The position numbers and the translations under genes are program-made. 64,000 nt of DNA from an uncultured virus (IMG/VR IMGVR_UViG_3300007735_000789). Its lineage: Duplodnaviria; Heunggongvirae; Uroviricota; Caudoviricetes. The stretch lies in the IMG/VR virus record IMGVR_UViG_3300007735_000789. The stretch is one strand, 5' to 3'. The notes under the pieces were generated by a model. That model did not search any database. It saw only the letters and a list, made by a program, of their open reading frames with translations, and was not told the DNA's origin. Shown here one piece after another: positions 20,058 through 28,702 of the stretch (position 1 is the stretch's first letter; the number at the start of each line of letters is the position of its first letter).

Positions 20058-20238
20058 AATCCGGCAGTCGCAGCTACATACAATCTAGCCGTAAAAGTAC
20101 CTAAATAAGTTCTTAATTAAACATTTAAAATGTTCAAAATAATTCCATATCCCATATGCGCAGCAAGAAATTAGAGTGGTAGACTACATTGCGGAGGCCA
20201 AAATCTCCAGCTCTTATTAAAATTCAGAACCCTGTGCC

Positions 20239-21138
20239 ATGACCAGCTCACTTAGTGCGTTTCTGGGCGAAATTGGTCGTCACAAGTTGCTTACGCCTGA
20301 AGAAGAGCTTACTTTGGGTCGAAAAGTACAAGCCATGGCGCTTTTGTCGCAGAAACCGAGTGAACACCTAAGTAGTGATGAGAAAAAAACAGTCCGTCTA
20401 GGTGAAAAAGCAAAGAATTTAATGATTACATCCAATTTAAGATTGGTTGTCAATTTAGCTAAGCGTTATCAAGGTAAAGGATTAGATTTATTGGACTTAA
20501 TCCAAGAAGGCACAATTGGATTAACCAGAGCCGTGGAAAAATATGATCCCACGCGGGGCAATCGCTTCAGCACATACGCTTATTGGTGGATTCGCCAAGG
20601 CTTGAACCGTGCTCTTTCAACCCAAAGCCGTACAATCCGCATACCCGTAAATATTAATGAAAAATTAACTAAACTCAGAGCCGCTAAAGCTCGGTTGCTT
20701 CAAGATTCAAGTCGCTCAGCATCTGCTGCTGAATTAGCGGAATGCATGGATTTATCTCAGGCTGAAGTGGAGGAGCTGTTGGGTTGTGAATTACGTAGCA
20801 CCACGGTCAGTCTGCAAGGAGTGGTGAAATCAAAATCAGATCCTTCAGAATTGATCGATGTGCTACCCAGCGAAGAGCTGCCTCCAATGGAACGAGCTGA
20901 GCTGGATGAACGCAGCGCAGCCGTCTGGACCCTACTAGATCAAGCCAATCTGACGCCCAAGGAACGCATAGTGATCATGTTGCGTTTTGGTCTCGACGGC
21001 AGCAACGAATGGCGAACCCTAGCTGAGGTAGCTAGACAGCTGAGCTGTAGCCGCGAATACTGCCGTCAGGTGGTCCAGCGATCATTACGAAAGCTTCGAC
21101 GGACAGGCATTCAATCGGGCCTAATGGAGGCGTGTTAA
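20239..21138 (+). CDS. Sigma-70 family RNA polymerase sigma factor, cyanobacterial group-2-like
   Basis: SNLRLVVNLAKRY, DLIQEGTIGL, RFSTYAYWWIRQ, region 4 TLAEVARQLSCSREYCRQ; no region 1.1. Confidence 0.95.
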   Translation: MTSSLSAFLGEIGRHKLLTPEEELTLGRKVQAMALLSQKPSEHLSSDEKKTVRLGEKAKNLMITSNLRLVVNLAKRYQGKGLDLLDLIQEGTIGLTRAVEKYDPTRGNRFSTYAYWWIRQGLNRALSTQSRTIRIPVNINEKLTKLRAAKARLLQDSSRSASAAELAECMDLSQAEVEELLGCELRSTTVSLQGVVKSKSDPSELIDVLPSEELPPMERAELDERSAAVWTLLDQANLTPKERIVIMLRFGLDGSNEWRTLAEVARQLSCSREYCRQVVQRSLRKLRRTGIQSGLMEAC

Positions 21139-21236
21139 AAATCAAAATTTGCTGTAGCAACCACCTCTTAGTCAAGTAGACTAATCCTTTCACTTCAACA
21201 TCATGCTCACATTACTTAAAGACGCCCGTGTTGTGA

Positions 21237-21842
21237 TTAAAAAATAGTGCTTACATCAGAGCTGAAAGAGCTTGAGGTGGAGCTAGACGAAAACACAACA
21301 TTGGAGCCGAAGGCACTTGATGTGGAGTTAGTTGAGAAGACAACATCTGAATTAACTTCACTGGGTGTTTCGACCACGGGAGGATTTAACTGGGGCCACA
21401 TTGGATAGCCAGATCCAGTTATATAAGCTGCCAGCTCGTCGGTGTTGTTAGTAGTGCCGATATACAGTACTTTATCGTTGCAAGAATACCTAATGTCTTG
21501 ACGCCAAGTTTTAACGCCGCTGGATACTGGGGTTCCGTTATCGACTTCACGAACAATTGCCCAATCTGTAGGACTTAACAGAGTATTTGCGGTCGTACGA
21601 GTCTGATCAATCCAACCAGAAACTAGAACTCCGTGGTCTTTGGGGATTAAAGTACCGCTAGCCGTATATCCCCAGTAGAACCTCTGATCGTAATAGGGAG
21701 TAGGTGAGTCGGGGACTTCTGTGATTCCAATAGCAGCCCGTTCTTCAGGCGAAGATAATCGGAGCCAGTTTGCTGGGTAAAGGGTATCCCCTGCTTCAAA
21801 AGGAACGTCCAAAGGTAAGGGATTTCCGTTTAAAACAAACAC
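21237..21842 (-). CDS. Tail fibre-associated/assembly protein
   Basis: YPANWLRLSSPEERAAIGITEV; LLSPTDWAIVR...WRQDIR resembles tail-fibre chaperone motifs. Confidence 0.65.
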   Translation of the reverse strand: MFVLNGNPLPLDVPFEAGDTLYPANWLRLSSPEERAAIGITEVPDSPTPYYDQRFYWGYTASGTLIPKDHGVLVSGWIDQTRTTANTLLSPTDWAIVREVDNGTPVSSGVKTWRQDIRYSCNDKVLYIGTTNNTDELAAYITGSGYPMWPQLNPPVVETPSEVNSDVVFSTNSTSSAFGSNVVFSSSSTSSSFSSDVSTIF

Positions 21843-21863
21843 GGCTGAAGATTTTTACGTACC

Positions 21864-22061
21864 CTAATTATAACGGTTATTCCCGGAGGAAAAAACTTGT
21901 TTTGGTCCGTCATTCCAGTGTCTTACCACACCGGCAACAATAAACAAATTAGTTAAAAAGTAGCTAACAAATATAAAAGTACGAATTAAAGCAATGAGAT
22001 CGGCTTCTCGGTTGTGCACCGATGCTTTTTCCCCTAAAGCTTTACTCCAGAGATTCCACAC
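21864..22061 (-). CDS. Small cyanophage membrane protein
   Basis: WSKALGEKAS...ADLIALIRT...TNLFIVAGVVRHW. Confidence 0.7.
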   Translation of the reverse strand: MWNLWSKALGEKASVHNREADLIALIRTFIFVSYFLTNLFIVAGVVRHWNDGPKQVFSSGNNRYN

Positions 22062-22070
22062 GTTATGTAA

Positions 22071-22343
22071 CTACCAGAGTCTGGAACAGCTCCAGTATCG
22101 TGCGGAGTTTTTATCCATAGGCTCATCGCAACTCATCCTAGATCTGAAGTTTGCGCGACGATCTTTATCATGATGTTGGGTGTAGTCTTCATAACCACGG
22201 CGACCATAACGTACAATTTTTTCTTCTCCGCCGTGGCAAGATTTAACTACCCATTTATGGGTGTCGCCTGAGGGAGCCCGTTGAGGCTGGTTGCACTTCA
22301 TGTGCTCTTTTGCCAACCGCTTGGCTTTAGCGTGATCTGCCAT
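22071..22343 (-). CDS. Small basic viral protein
   Basis: VRYGRRGYEDYTQHHDKDRRANFRSR...SARYWSCSRLW. Confidence 0.75.
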   Translation of the reverse strand: MADHAKAKRLAKEHMKCNQPQRAPSGDTHKWVVKSCHGGEEKIVRYGRRGYEDYTQHHDKDRRANFRSRMSCDEPMDKNSARYWSCSRLW

Positions 22344-22369
22344 GGTTATAAAAACAACTCATAATATAA

Positions 22370-22393
22370 AGTTTAATGGATTAACGTCCAAAT
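22370..22393. repeat. 24-bp direct repeat, copy 1
   Basis: AGTTTAATGGATTAACGTCCAAAT, identical to 24062-24085. Confidence 0.95.
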
Positions 22394-23955
22394 AATAATT
22401 CAGATAACCCAAACTCTCCTCGGCGTGGGTTGAACCTTTCTCCGGCCAAATCGATGCGACGTTGCACTTCATTACGATTTTCCCGGTTTATCATGTTTGT
22501 TTTTTCTTTAGAGGACAAAGGACGAATTTCGGCGGTTAACGGTTGATTGACAGAAGTAGGTCTGGCGGCTACACCGGTTCTGGGGGCGGTGCCGAGAAAC
22601 TGACGAACTTTAGGAATAATTCCTTCGCCAGTTTCTTTACGGACAATTTCGTTTGCAGCTCGAGCAGCAGCAGCCCCAACCAGCCCTGCACCAATCCCCG
22701 GAGCAAATGGAGCGGCAATTGGTGTGGATAAAATTCCAGCAGAAGCTGCTGCGGCAGGTAAGCTTTGAACAAACTCTGATGCCATTTGTTTACCCATTTC
22801 TATCGGACCTTTAGCATATCCGGTACGAATAGCTTCAGGGCTAGGTATTAAATCAGCAGCTCCTGGTAACAAAGAAGCTGGGGTACGCTTAATTGCTCGC
22901 GCAGCTTCAGGAATACCTTTAACAGCGGCTGTTACTGGATCCGAGTGAAAAAATAATTCGCCCAGGCCTCCATTTTTCAATGTAGAATATCGTTTTAAAC
23001 TTTCAGCTAAATTTAATAATCTGTTGTAATTTGTTTCTTTAACAGATAAATTTCTTAATTTTCGCCACTCTTCACCGCCTGAGCCAGAAAGAAGGGATTC
23101 GTCTGCACTCCATGAAGGTATAAAGTCTCTAGAAATTTCAAAAGGAGCTTGAACTTTTCCTAAATTTTCGTATCTTTGCTTTAAAGGTTGCGTAAATTTT
23201 TGATCTAAAATTTTATTTGCTGTATTTAAACGAAGAGCAAGTTCAGCGTCAAAAGGAGAAGTTATACTTTTGGGATTTAAGCTACCCACTTCTCTAAAAG
23301 GATTAGACAAAATAGATGCATCTAAAAATGTTTTAGGATCATTAAGTACTGCCTTTGTTTTGGCATAGTTACCTTGTGCAATATAAAAATCTTTTAAACG
23401 CTCTTTGTCTCCTGTAAAAACTTTTTTTAAATCTATTTTTGTGTCGTAACGGAGAACATCATCAACCGTGGAAGCAAAAGCCTCATTTAACGGACTCGCT
23501 GGACTAGCTTCAATTTTAACTTGCTCTATATTCTTATCTTGTACATCAGGCGAAAATCCAGTTAACCAAGGTAAGTGATGACTAATAGTTTCATGTTGAA
23601 CCCCTCCAAAATCTTTAACGTTTATATTGTTAAAACTTAAACCCGTTTCTCTCTCCCAATTATTCAACCGATCAGCAAAAGTTTGTATTTCTTCTCCGCC
23701 TAAATCTTTTAAATATTTTTGTCTTTCTAAAAACAAATCAGAAAGTTCTTGTCTTTTATCCTTGTTTAAGGCAGCAGAAACAGATTTATCATAGTCAGCT
23801 TTTAAATTTTTAAAAGAATTTTGTATGTCGCCAATATAGCGGTCATCGGCCTGCATTATTGGATTAGAACTAAGAGTATTTAATGGTTCTGCGTCTCTCA
23901 ACCTCTCAATATAATCGTTAACAAACTTTATTGGTGTATTAAAAATATCAGACAT
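22381..23955 (-). CDS. Large orphan protein (candidate internal virion protein)
   Basis: 524 aa; AT-rich N-terminal part, A/G-rich C-terminal part; HETISHH motif. Confidence 0.75.
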   Translation of the reverse strand: MSDIFNTPIKFVNDYIERLRDAEPLNTLSSNPIMQADDRYIGDIQNSFKNLKADYDKSVSAALNKDKRQELSDLFLERQKYLKDLGGEEIQTFADRLNNWERETGLSFNNINVKDFGGVQHETISHHLPWLTGFSPDVQDKNIEQVKIEASPASPLNEAFASTVDDVLRYDTKIDLKKVFTGDKERLKDFYIAQGNYAKTKAVLNDPKTFLDASILSNPFREVGSLNPKSITSPFDAELALRLNTANKILDQKFTQPLKQRYENLGKVQAPFEISRDFIPSWSADESLLSGSGGEEWRKLRNLSVKETNYNRLLNLAESLKRYSTLKNGGLGELFFHSDPVTAAVKGIPEAARAIKRTPASLLPGAADLIPSPEAIRTGYAKGPIEMGKQMASEFVQSLPAAAASAGILSTPIAAPFAPGIGAGLVGAAAARAANEIVRKETGEGIIPKVRQFLGTAPRTGVAARPTSVNQPLTAEIRPLSSKEKTNMINRENRNEVQRRIDLAGERFNPRRGEFGLSELLFGR

Positions 23956-24061
23956 TTTTAAAATTAGTTACTCTTTATCTTAGCAAGCAATCAAAAACTT
24001 ATTTATTAAATAAGTACTGAATGTAAAAATATTTTAATGTTAGCCACAAAATTAGAGGTTC

Positions 24062-24085
24062 AGTTTAATGGATTAACGTCCAAAT
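24062..24085. repeat. 24-bp direct repeat, copy 2
   Basis: Identical to 22370-22393; immediately follows the stop of ORF 24086-25210. Confidence 0.95.
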
Positions 24086-25210
24086 TTATTTTGTAATAGG
24101 AAAATCTATTTTGTAATCAAAAGGTTTACCTTGCATTTTCATGACAAGTGCTTGACCAAAAACTGTAAGAGGATCATGATTAGCTAGTGAAAAATAATCG
24201 TTACCTGATGGTTTTTCAGAAGACGTATTAAAAGGACTTCTTTTTTGTAATTCGTCCACAAGTGTTAAAATTCGTTCTTGAGATGGAGTCACCGTATTTT
24301 GATTCTTATTGGGTAAACGATCGGCATTAGCATATTGGTTAAAATCATAGCGTTCAGTTGCTTGAAAACCTGTAGGTGTGGGTCTAAGCCACATGCTGCC
24401 AAAAGATGTGACTGGAGAATCTAGAGAGTTTCCTTTATCGGTTATATTATTATAAGGAACATACCGAATTTGTCCGCTATTGAGTTTTGCAAGATTACTA
24501 CGAGATTCTGCTAAAGTATCATTAGCTCTACGTCTCCATAGACCAGTTTCGTCGTTAATACCCCCAGAATCAATTTTATTAAGAAGTTTTTGCGCACGTT
24601 CTGCGTTAAATTCTTCAATTGACTTACGTGCTTTGAGTGAGTTAAATAATGAGTTAAAAGAGCTTGTTGAATTCTGATCTCTTGAAACTTGGTTAGAAAC
24701 TGTATCAATAAGTTTATTTGGAACTTGTAAATTCTTATTACCAATTCCAGTGTAATATCTACTAAATAAATTAGCACTAAAAGGTAAACTATTAAGTTTA
24801 TTGGCCAGTGTTTGTTGTACAACATCAGGAGAATTTTTAACAATATCTTGAACGATAGGTTGGGTTCCTGCTAAACGAGTAGCAATAGTATCCAGTAGAG
24901 CTGCTGTTTTAGAATAAGTTACAGGTCCTCCAAAATGGTGAAGAGACGGAGGTGCACCTGTTTGTTCTTGAATTTCTTGAAACTTAGCACCCAATGGCGT
25001 AGCTGCTCCACCAGGTAATAAACCACCAAAAACATTTTTATCTACTTGCCCATAACCACGGCGGGCCTTGTCAAAAAGTTGTTTAAAAATACCTAAACCC
25101 GCAATATCCCCGTATTCTTGTACGCTGGGATTATAACTAAACGAATTTTCCTCTGATTTTTGAATTGGATCTAGATACCCTCTTAAAAAATCATTAGGTT
25201 GAACAGCCAA
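24086..25210 (-). CDS. Orphan protein (candidate internal virion protein), TTG start
   Basis: 374 aa; contains NDFLRGYLDP and RLAG. Confidence 0.75.
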   Translation of the reverse strand: MAVQPNDFLRGYLDPIQKSEENSFSYNPSVQEYGDIAGLGIFKQLFDKARRGYGQVDKNVFGGLLPGGAATPLGAKFQEIQEQTGAPPSLHHFGGPVTYSKTAALLDTIATRLAGTQPIVQDIVKNSPDVVQQTLANKLNSLPFSANLFSRYYTGIGNKNLQVPNKLIDTVSNQVSRDQNSTSSFNSLFNSLKARKSIEEFNAERAQKLLNKIDSGGINDETGLWRRRANDTLAESRSNLAKLNSGQIRYVPYNNITDKGNSLDSPVTSFGSMWLRPTPTGFQATERYDFNQYANADRLPNKNQNTVTPSQERILTLVDELQKRSPFNTSSEKPSGNDYFSLANHDPLTVFGQALVMKMQGKPFDYKIDFPITK

Positions 25211-25302
25211 TTGAAATAATCCCTTTTTTTTAATTATAGACTTAAAATTTTAATAGAAGTTAACCGTCAAACTCCACAGGGGGGGAATAAAAGAGGTTCA
25301 GA

Positions 25303-25508
25303 CTATTGGGCTTCAAGCTCGTCGTGAATGGCGAGTTGTTCAGTCATAGTGCCTTTAGTTCGTCGGCGATGGCGAGTTATTTCTTCATTGTGCCTCCAGT
25401 TCGTAGGCAATGGTGCGGATCTGATCAACGTGCCAATGTTTCATGGAACCAGCCTGATCAGCACTGCACCAGCTCAGGCGGTGGGGTGCTCGAGTGTTGG
25501 TTAGTCAT
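25303..25508 (-). pseudogene. Degraded small-gene remnants with three 41-nt-period gene-end repeats
   Basis: MTNQHSSTPPPELVQC* followed by RTIAYELEAQ*, LAIADELKAL* and LAIHDELEAQ*. Confidence 0.65.
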
Positions 25509-25556
25509 GTGATTAGTGTTCTTGACTAGTGATTTTTGTGGATCACGGATTAGCAC

Positions 25557-25760
25557 CTAGCAATCTTGTGAATCACAAAGCATCAATCCGTTAATGACAA
25601 AAAGTTTGATTGTTCGCCCGTCGTCTTGCAGACTGATGTGAACGTTGGAGCATTCGTACTGAACAAATTCTCGCCCGTTGTGAGTAATAACTTCTACGCG
25701 AGTTACTTCAGGGTAATTTTTTAAAAAATCCCCGTTAGGCATTTGTATGTCTTCAGCCAT
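25557..25760 (-). CDS. Hypothetical phage protein
   Basis: VTRVEVITHNGREFV...SLQDDGRTIKLFV. Confidence 0.7.
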   Translation of the reverse strand: MAEDIQMPNGDFLKNYPEVTRVEVITHNGREFVQYECSNVHISLQDDGRTIKLFVINGLMLCDSQDC

Positions 25761-25968
25761 TTAGCCCCAGCTCATCAGCGATAGCAAGGAGTTGGGACCG
25801 ACAATCACTCCCTACAAACTCGCAACACGATCGGGCGTAGAGAGCATCCTCCGCTACCACGTGATCGGCAGCAGCACGAAGGGCAGCGGCAAGCTTAACT
25901 TCTGCACATATAGGCGCCCCACAAAAAGCATCCCAAACTAACTGGGCGGCAGGGGAAAGGTTAGTCAT
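25753..25968 (-). CDS. Small cyanophage hypothetical protein
   Basis: MTNLSPAAQ...LAAALRAAAD...QLLAIADEL. Confidence 0.75.
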   Translation of the reverse strand: MTNLSPAAQLVWDAFCGAPICAEVKLAAALRAAADHVVAEDALYARSCCEFVGSDCRSQLLAIADELGLNG

Positions 25969-26023
25969 TTGATTAGTGTGCGGGACTACTAATTTAGTCT
26001 GTTTTTAACTTTGTCTGTCTCTT

Positions 26024-26602
26024 TTATGCTCTAAAAGAAAATATAAACTCCCACAGGCGTTCAAAAGCATGAGCAGCAGGAGGTGAGATATCTGAATCAA
26101 CAAAACTAATTGCTTCCTCATAGTAAGCTAAAGGTCGATCTAATATATTTTTTTTAGGAACAGCAAAGATAGCCCCGCTTTTAAATTCATACACATTTGG
26201 TAAAAAAGAAGTAAGGTTTAGCGTAGAGGCTACGAGAGGTAAGCTTTTATCGTACACACTCTCGTCATGTAAATAATTTTTATAGATTTTATGAGAAAAG
26301 TCTCCTAAATAAGTAAAGTTATTTATATCTAAATTATTAAATTTTTCTACAAATTTCAAAGAGTGATCAAAAGGGTTACCTTGACAAAAATATGTAAAAT
26401 CTGCTAATTTGTCATAGTTAAAAATTATATGGTGTAAATACGTATGTGCCTCTCTTCCAACATTAGATAACTTAGTTACATTAATAAATTTAGAAGGTAA
26501 ATCACTTCCTTTGTTATATATTTTTGTTTTATGTAATAAATCATTCTCGATTACCCAGTCAAGACTCTCCTCGTACCTAGCCAAAACAAGTTGCTTTTCC
26601 AT
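26024..26602 (-). CDS. DUF3431-like putative glycosyltransferase-associated protein
   Basis: VLARYEESLDW, IYNKG, NVGREAHTYLHHI, FCQG, HAFERLW. Confidence 0.8.
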   Translation of the reverse strand: MEKQLVLARYEESLDWVIENDLLHKTKIYNKGSDLPSKFINVTKLSNVGREAHTYLHHIIFNYDKLADFTYFCQGNPFDHSLKFVEKFNNLDINNFTYLGDFSHKIYKNYLHDESVYDKSLPLVASTLNLTSFLPNVYEFKSGAIFAVPKKNILDRPLAYYEEAISFVDSDISPPAAHAFERLWEFIFSFRA

Positions 26603-26641
26603 GTAAAAACCGAATGGACGACTAAGGTTACTCTTTTTAAG

Positions 26642-27754
26642 CTAAAAAAGAACCTGTTTTACTTTTTTTAATTTTTTCCACTTATTTAAAGCACTTTCTA
26701 TTACCACGTGCATGTCCATGTACTTATACTCCGCCAGCCGACCCCCAAAATAAACATTCGATTCATTACTGGCTAAGGCAGAATATTTTTTATATAATGC
26801 TTGATTGTCTTCCGTATTCACTGGATAATAAGGAACTTTATCTTTGGTGTGGTTTAAAGGGTATTCTCTGGTAATTACAGTCTCCTTGCACTGAGCAGAC
26901 GAGAAAAATTTGTGCTCAATACACCTGGTAAAGGGAACTTCTTTATTAGTATAGTTTACAATAGCGTTGCCTTGATAGTTTGATGTAGTTTCTAGTACCC
27001 GATGTTCAAATCGTAAAGATCTATATTCTAAATTACCGTAGCAATAATCAAAATACTCGTCTATTCCTCCTGTATAAACAATAGTTGGAGCTTGTTCTTT
27101 CCAAAAACTCCGATTATGTAAATAATTAACATTTAATTTAACTGGAATATCTTTAAGTAAATTTAAAAACAACTCTGTATAGCCTTGGTTTGGTATACCC
27201 TGATACTTGTCGTTAAAATAGTTGGTCTCAAACGTAAAGCGTAAAGGTAATCTTTTTATTATAAAAGCGGGTAACTCCTTAGCTGGTCTTCCCCATTGTT
27301 TCTCTGTGTAACCCTTAATAAGAGTTTCGTATATATCCCTTCCCACGAGGGCTAAAGCTTGGTCCTCTAAATTACGTATTTCGCCTGTGTAACGTTGACT
27401 GTTAATTATTTTTTTTGCTTCTTCTTCTGTTTTAGTCCCCCATAACTCATAAAACGTTTGTAAACAGAAAGGCAAAGAATATAACTTATTTGAAAATAAA
27501 GCTTTAGGTCTATTTACAAAAGAATTAAATGTAGCGTATTTATTTACAAAATCCCAAATTTCTTTGTTACTTGTGTGAAAAATATGAGGTCCGTACTCAT
27601 GTACATCTATAACTCCGTGTTTTCTTGTAAAACAATTGCCTGCTATGTGGGAATTTTTATCTATTACTAGACATCTGTAACCTTCATCTGTTGCTAAACG
27701 AGCAAACGTTGCGCCAAATAAACCAGAACCTACTACTAAAAAATCGAGGCTCAT
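26642..27754 (-). CDS. glf: UDP-galactopyranose mutase
   Basis: VVGSGLFG, HIAGNC, YGPHIFHT, YTEKQWG, YFNDKYQGIP, LEYRSL, PYYPV, GRLAEYKYMDM. Confidence 0.97.
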   Translation of the reverse strand: MSLDFLVVGSGLFGATFARLATDEGYRCLVIDKNSHIAGNCFTRKHGVIDVHEYGPHIFHTSNKEIWDFVNKYATFNSFVNRPKALFSNKLYSLPFCLQTFYELWGTKTEEEAKKIINSQRYTGEIRNLEDQALALVGRDIYETLIKGYTEKQWGRPAKELPAFIIKRLPLRFTFETNYFNDKYQGIPNQGYTELFLNLLKDIPVKLNVNYLHNRSFWKEQAPTIVYTGGIDEYFDYCYGNLEYRSLRFEHRVLETTSNYQGNAIVNYTNKEVPFTRCIEHKFFSSAQCKETVITREYPLNHTKDKVPYYPVNTEDNQALYKKYSALASNESNVYFGGRLAEYKYMDMHVVIESALNKWKKLKKVKQVLF

Positions 27755-27887
27755 GAGTAGTGCATTTAAATAGCTTGAACATCTTACGACATGAACTGTA
27801 CAGCACTTCCTGACCTGTTCGCTATTTGCGAATAGCAAACCCGTCGATTTCCACGGGGTTAGAAGTGGGGCGCTCTAAACTTTTGTA

Positions 27888-28082
27888 TCAAGCCCTGTCT
27901 GAATCAAGTCTGGGCTGGACCTCAACCCAGCCATCGACTGTGAGTTTGTAAAGTTTGTTATCGACAAGGCGATGGATGGTTTCGGAAGAAAATCGTTGCC
28001 GAAGCTCGGCTTTGCGACGTTCGATTTGTTCGCGGCGTTTTTGGCTGATGCTTTTGGTAAGGTCAGAGAAAAAACGTATCAC
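27888..28082 (-). CDS. Small hypothetical protein
   Basis: 64 aa, GTG start. Confidence 0.5.
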   Translation of the reverse strand: MIRFFSDLTKSISQKRREQIERRKAELRQRFSSETIHRLVDNKLYKLTVDGWVEVQPRLDSDRA

Positions 28083-28147
28083 TGTCCGGGTCGGGCTTTT
28101 AGGGGCGTTCTCAAACTTTCGGGCGAGAAACGTTTAATGCAGTTAAC

Positions 28148-28699
28148 CTAGCTGCACCCCAGCCTCCTAGACGTGTTCACTAATGGGGTTAGGTAGGTGG
28201 CTGCTTGCCGGAGAAAATCTGGTGTGTCGCGGAAGTACCCAAGCCCACGATTGCAACGATCACAAAGGATGCCGCGCACAACCCCAGTCTGATGGCAGTG
28301 ATCAATGTGATAATCACCAAGTTTCTGCCCAAATTCGTAACCACAAATTGCGCAGCAATCGTGTTGTTTCCAAAGAAGTTGTTGTTTCATCTCTGGCGTC
28401 AGTCCGTACTTCCGCTTTTCGTGGATCTTGCGTACATAGGCTTCGTATCCAGGTGATCCGCGCTTAGCAGTACCGTGCTTAGTCATGCGCTTTTTGCTGT
28501 TGTCGCGTCCGTAGCAGCCGCACGATTTGGACTTGCCTGAAGTCAAACTTTGTGTGTAGACCTCGCCTTCAGCCCCGCATTCGCATCGGACCTTCCAATA
28601 AAACCCTCCATTGCCTGCGCGGCGATCTGTGCGAGCCATAACAGTCCAGCGGTTGAACTGTTGCCCTATTAGATCCGCAGCAAAACGTCCTCGTGGCAT
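28148..28699 (-). mobile_element. Free-standing homing endonuclease (endonuclease VII-like HNH)
   Basis: DLIGQQFNRWTV...WKVRCECG...SKSCGC N-terminal domain; CAIC...IDHCHQTGVVRGILCDRCNRGLGYFRD. Confidence 0.88.
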
Positions 28700-28702
28700 A
28701 AC

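Noticed and set aside
25303..25417. Mini-CRISPR array
   Set aside because: Units are degenerate at codon third positions, spacers are only 8 nt and there are no cas genes; gene-end remnants explain it better.
27755..27838. N-terminal extension of glf
   Set aside because: The Rossmann motif starts right after ATG 27754; the upstream TTG is unsupported.
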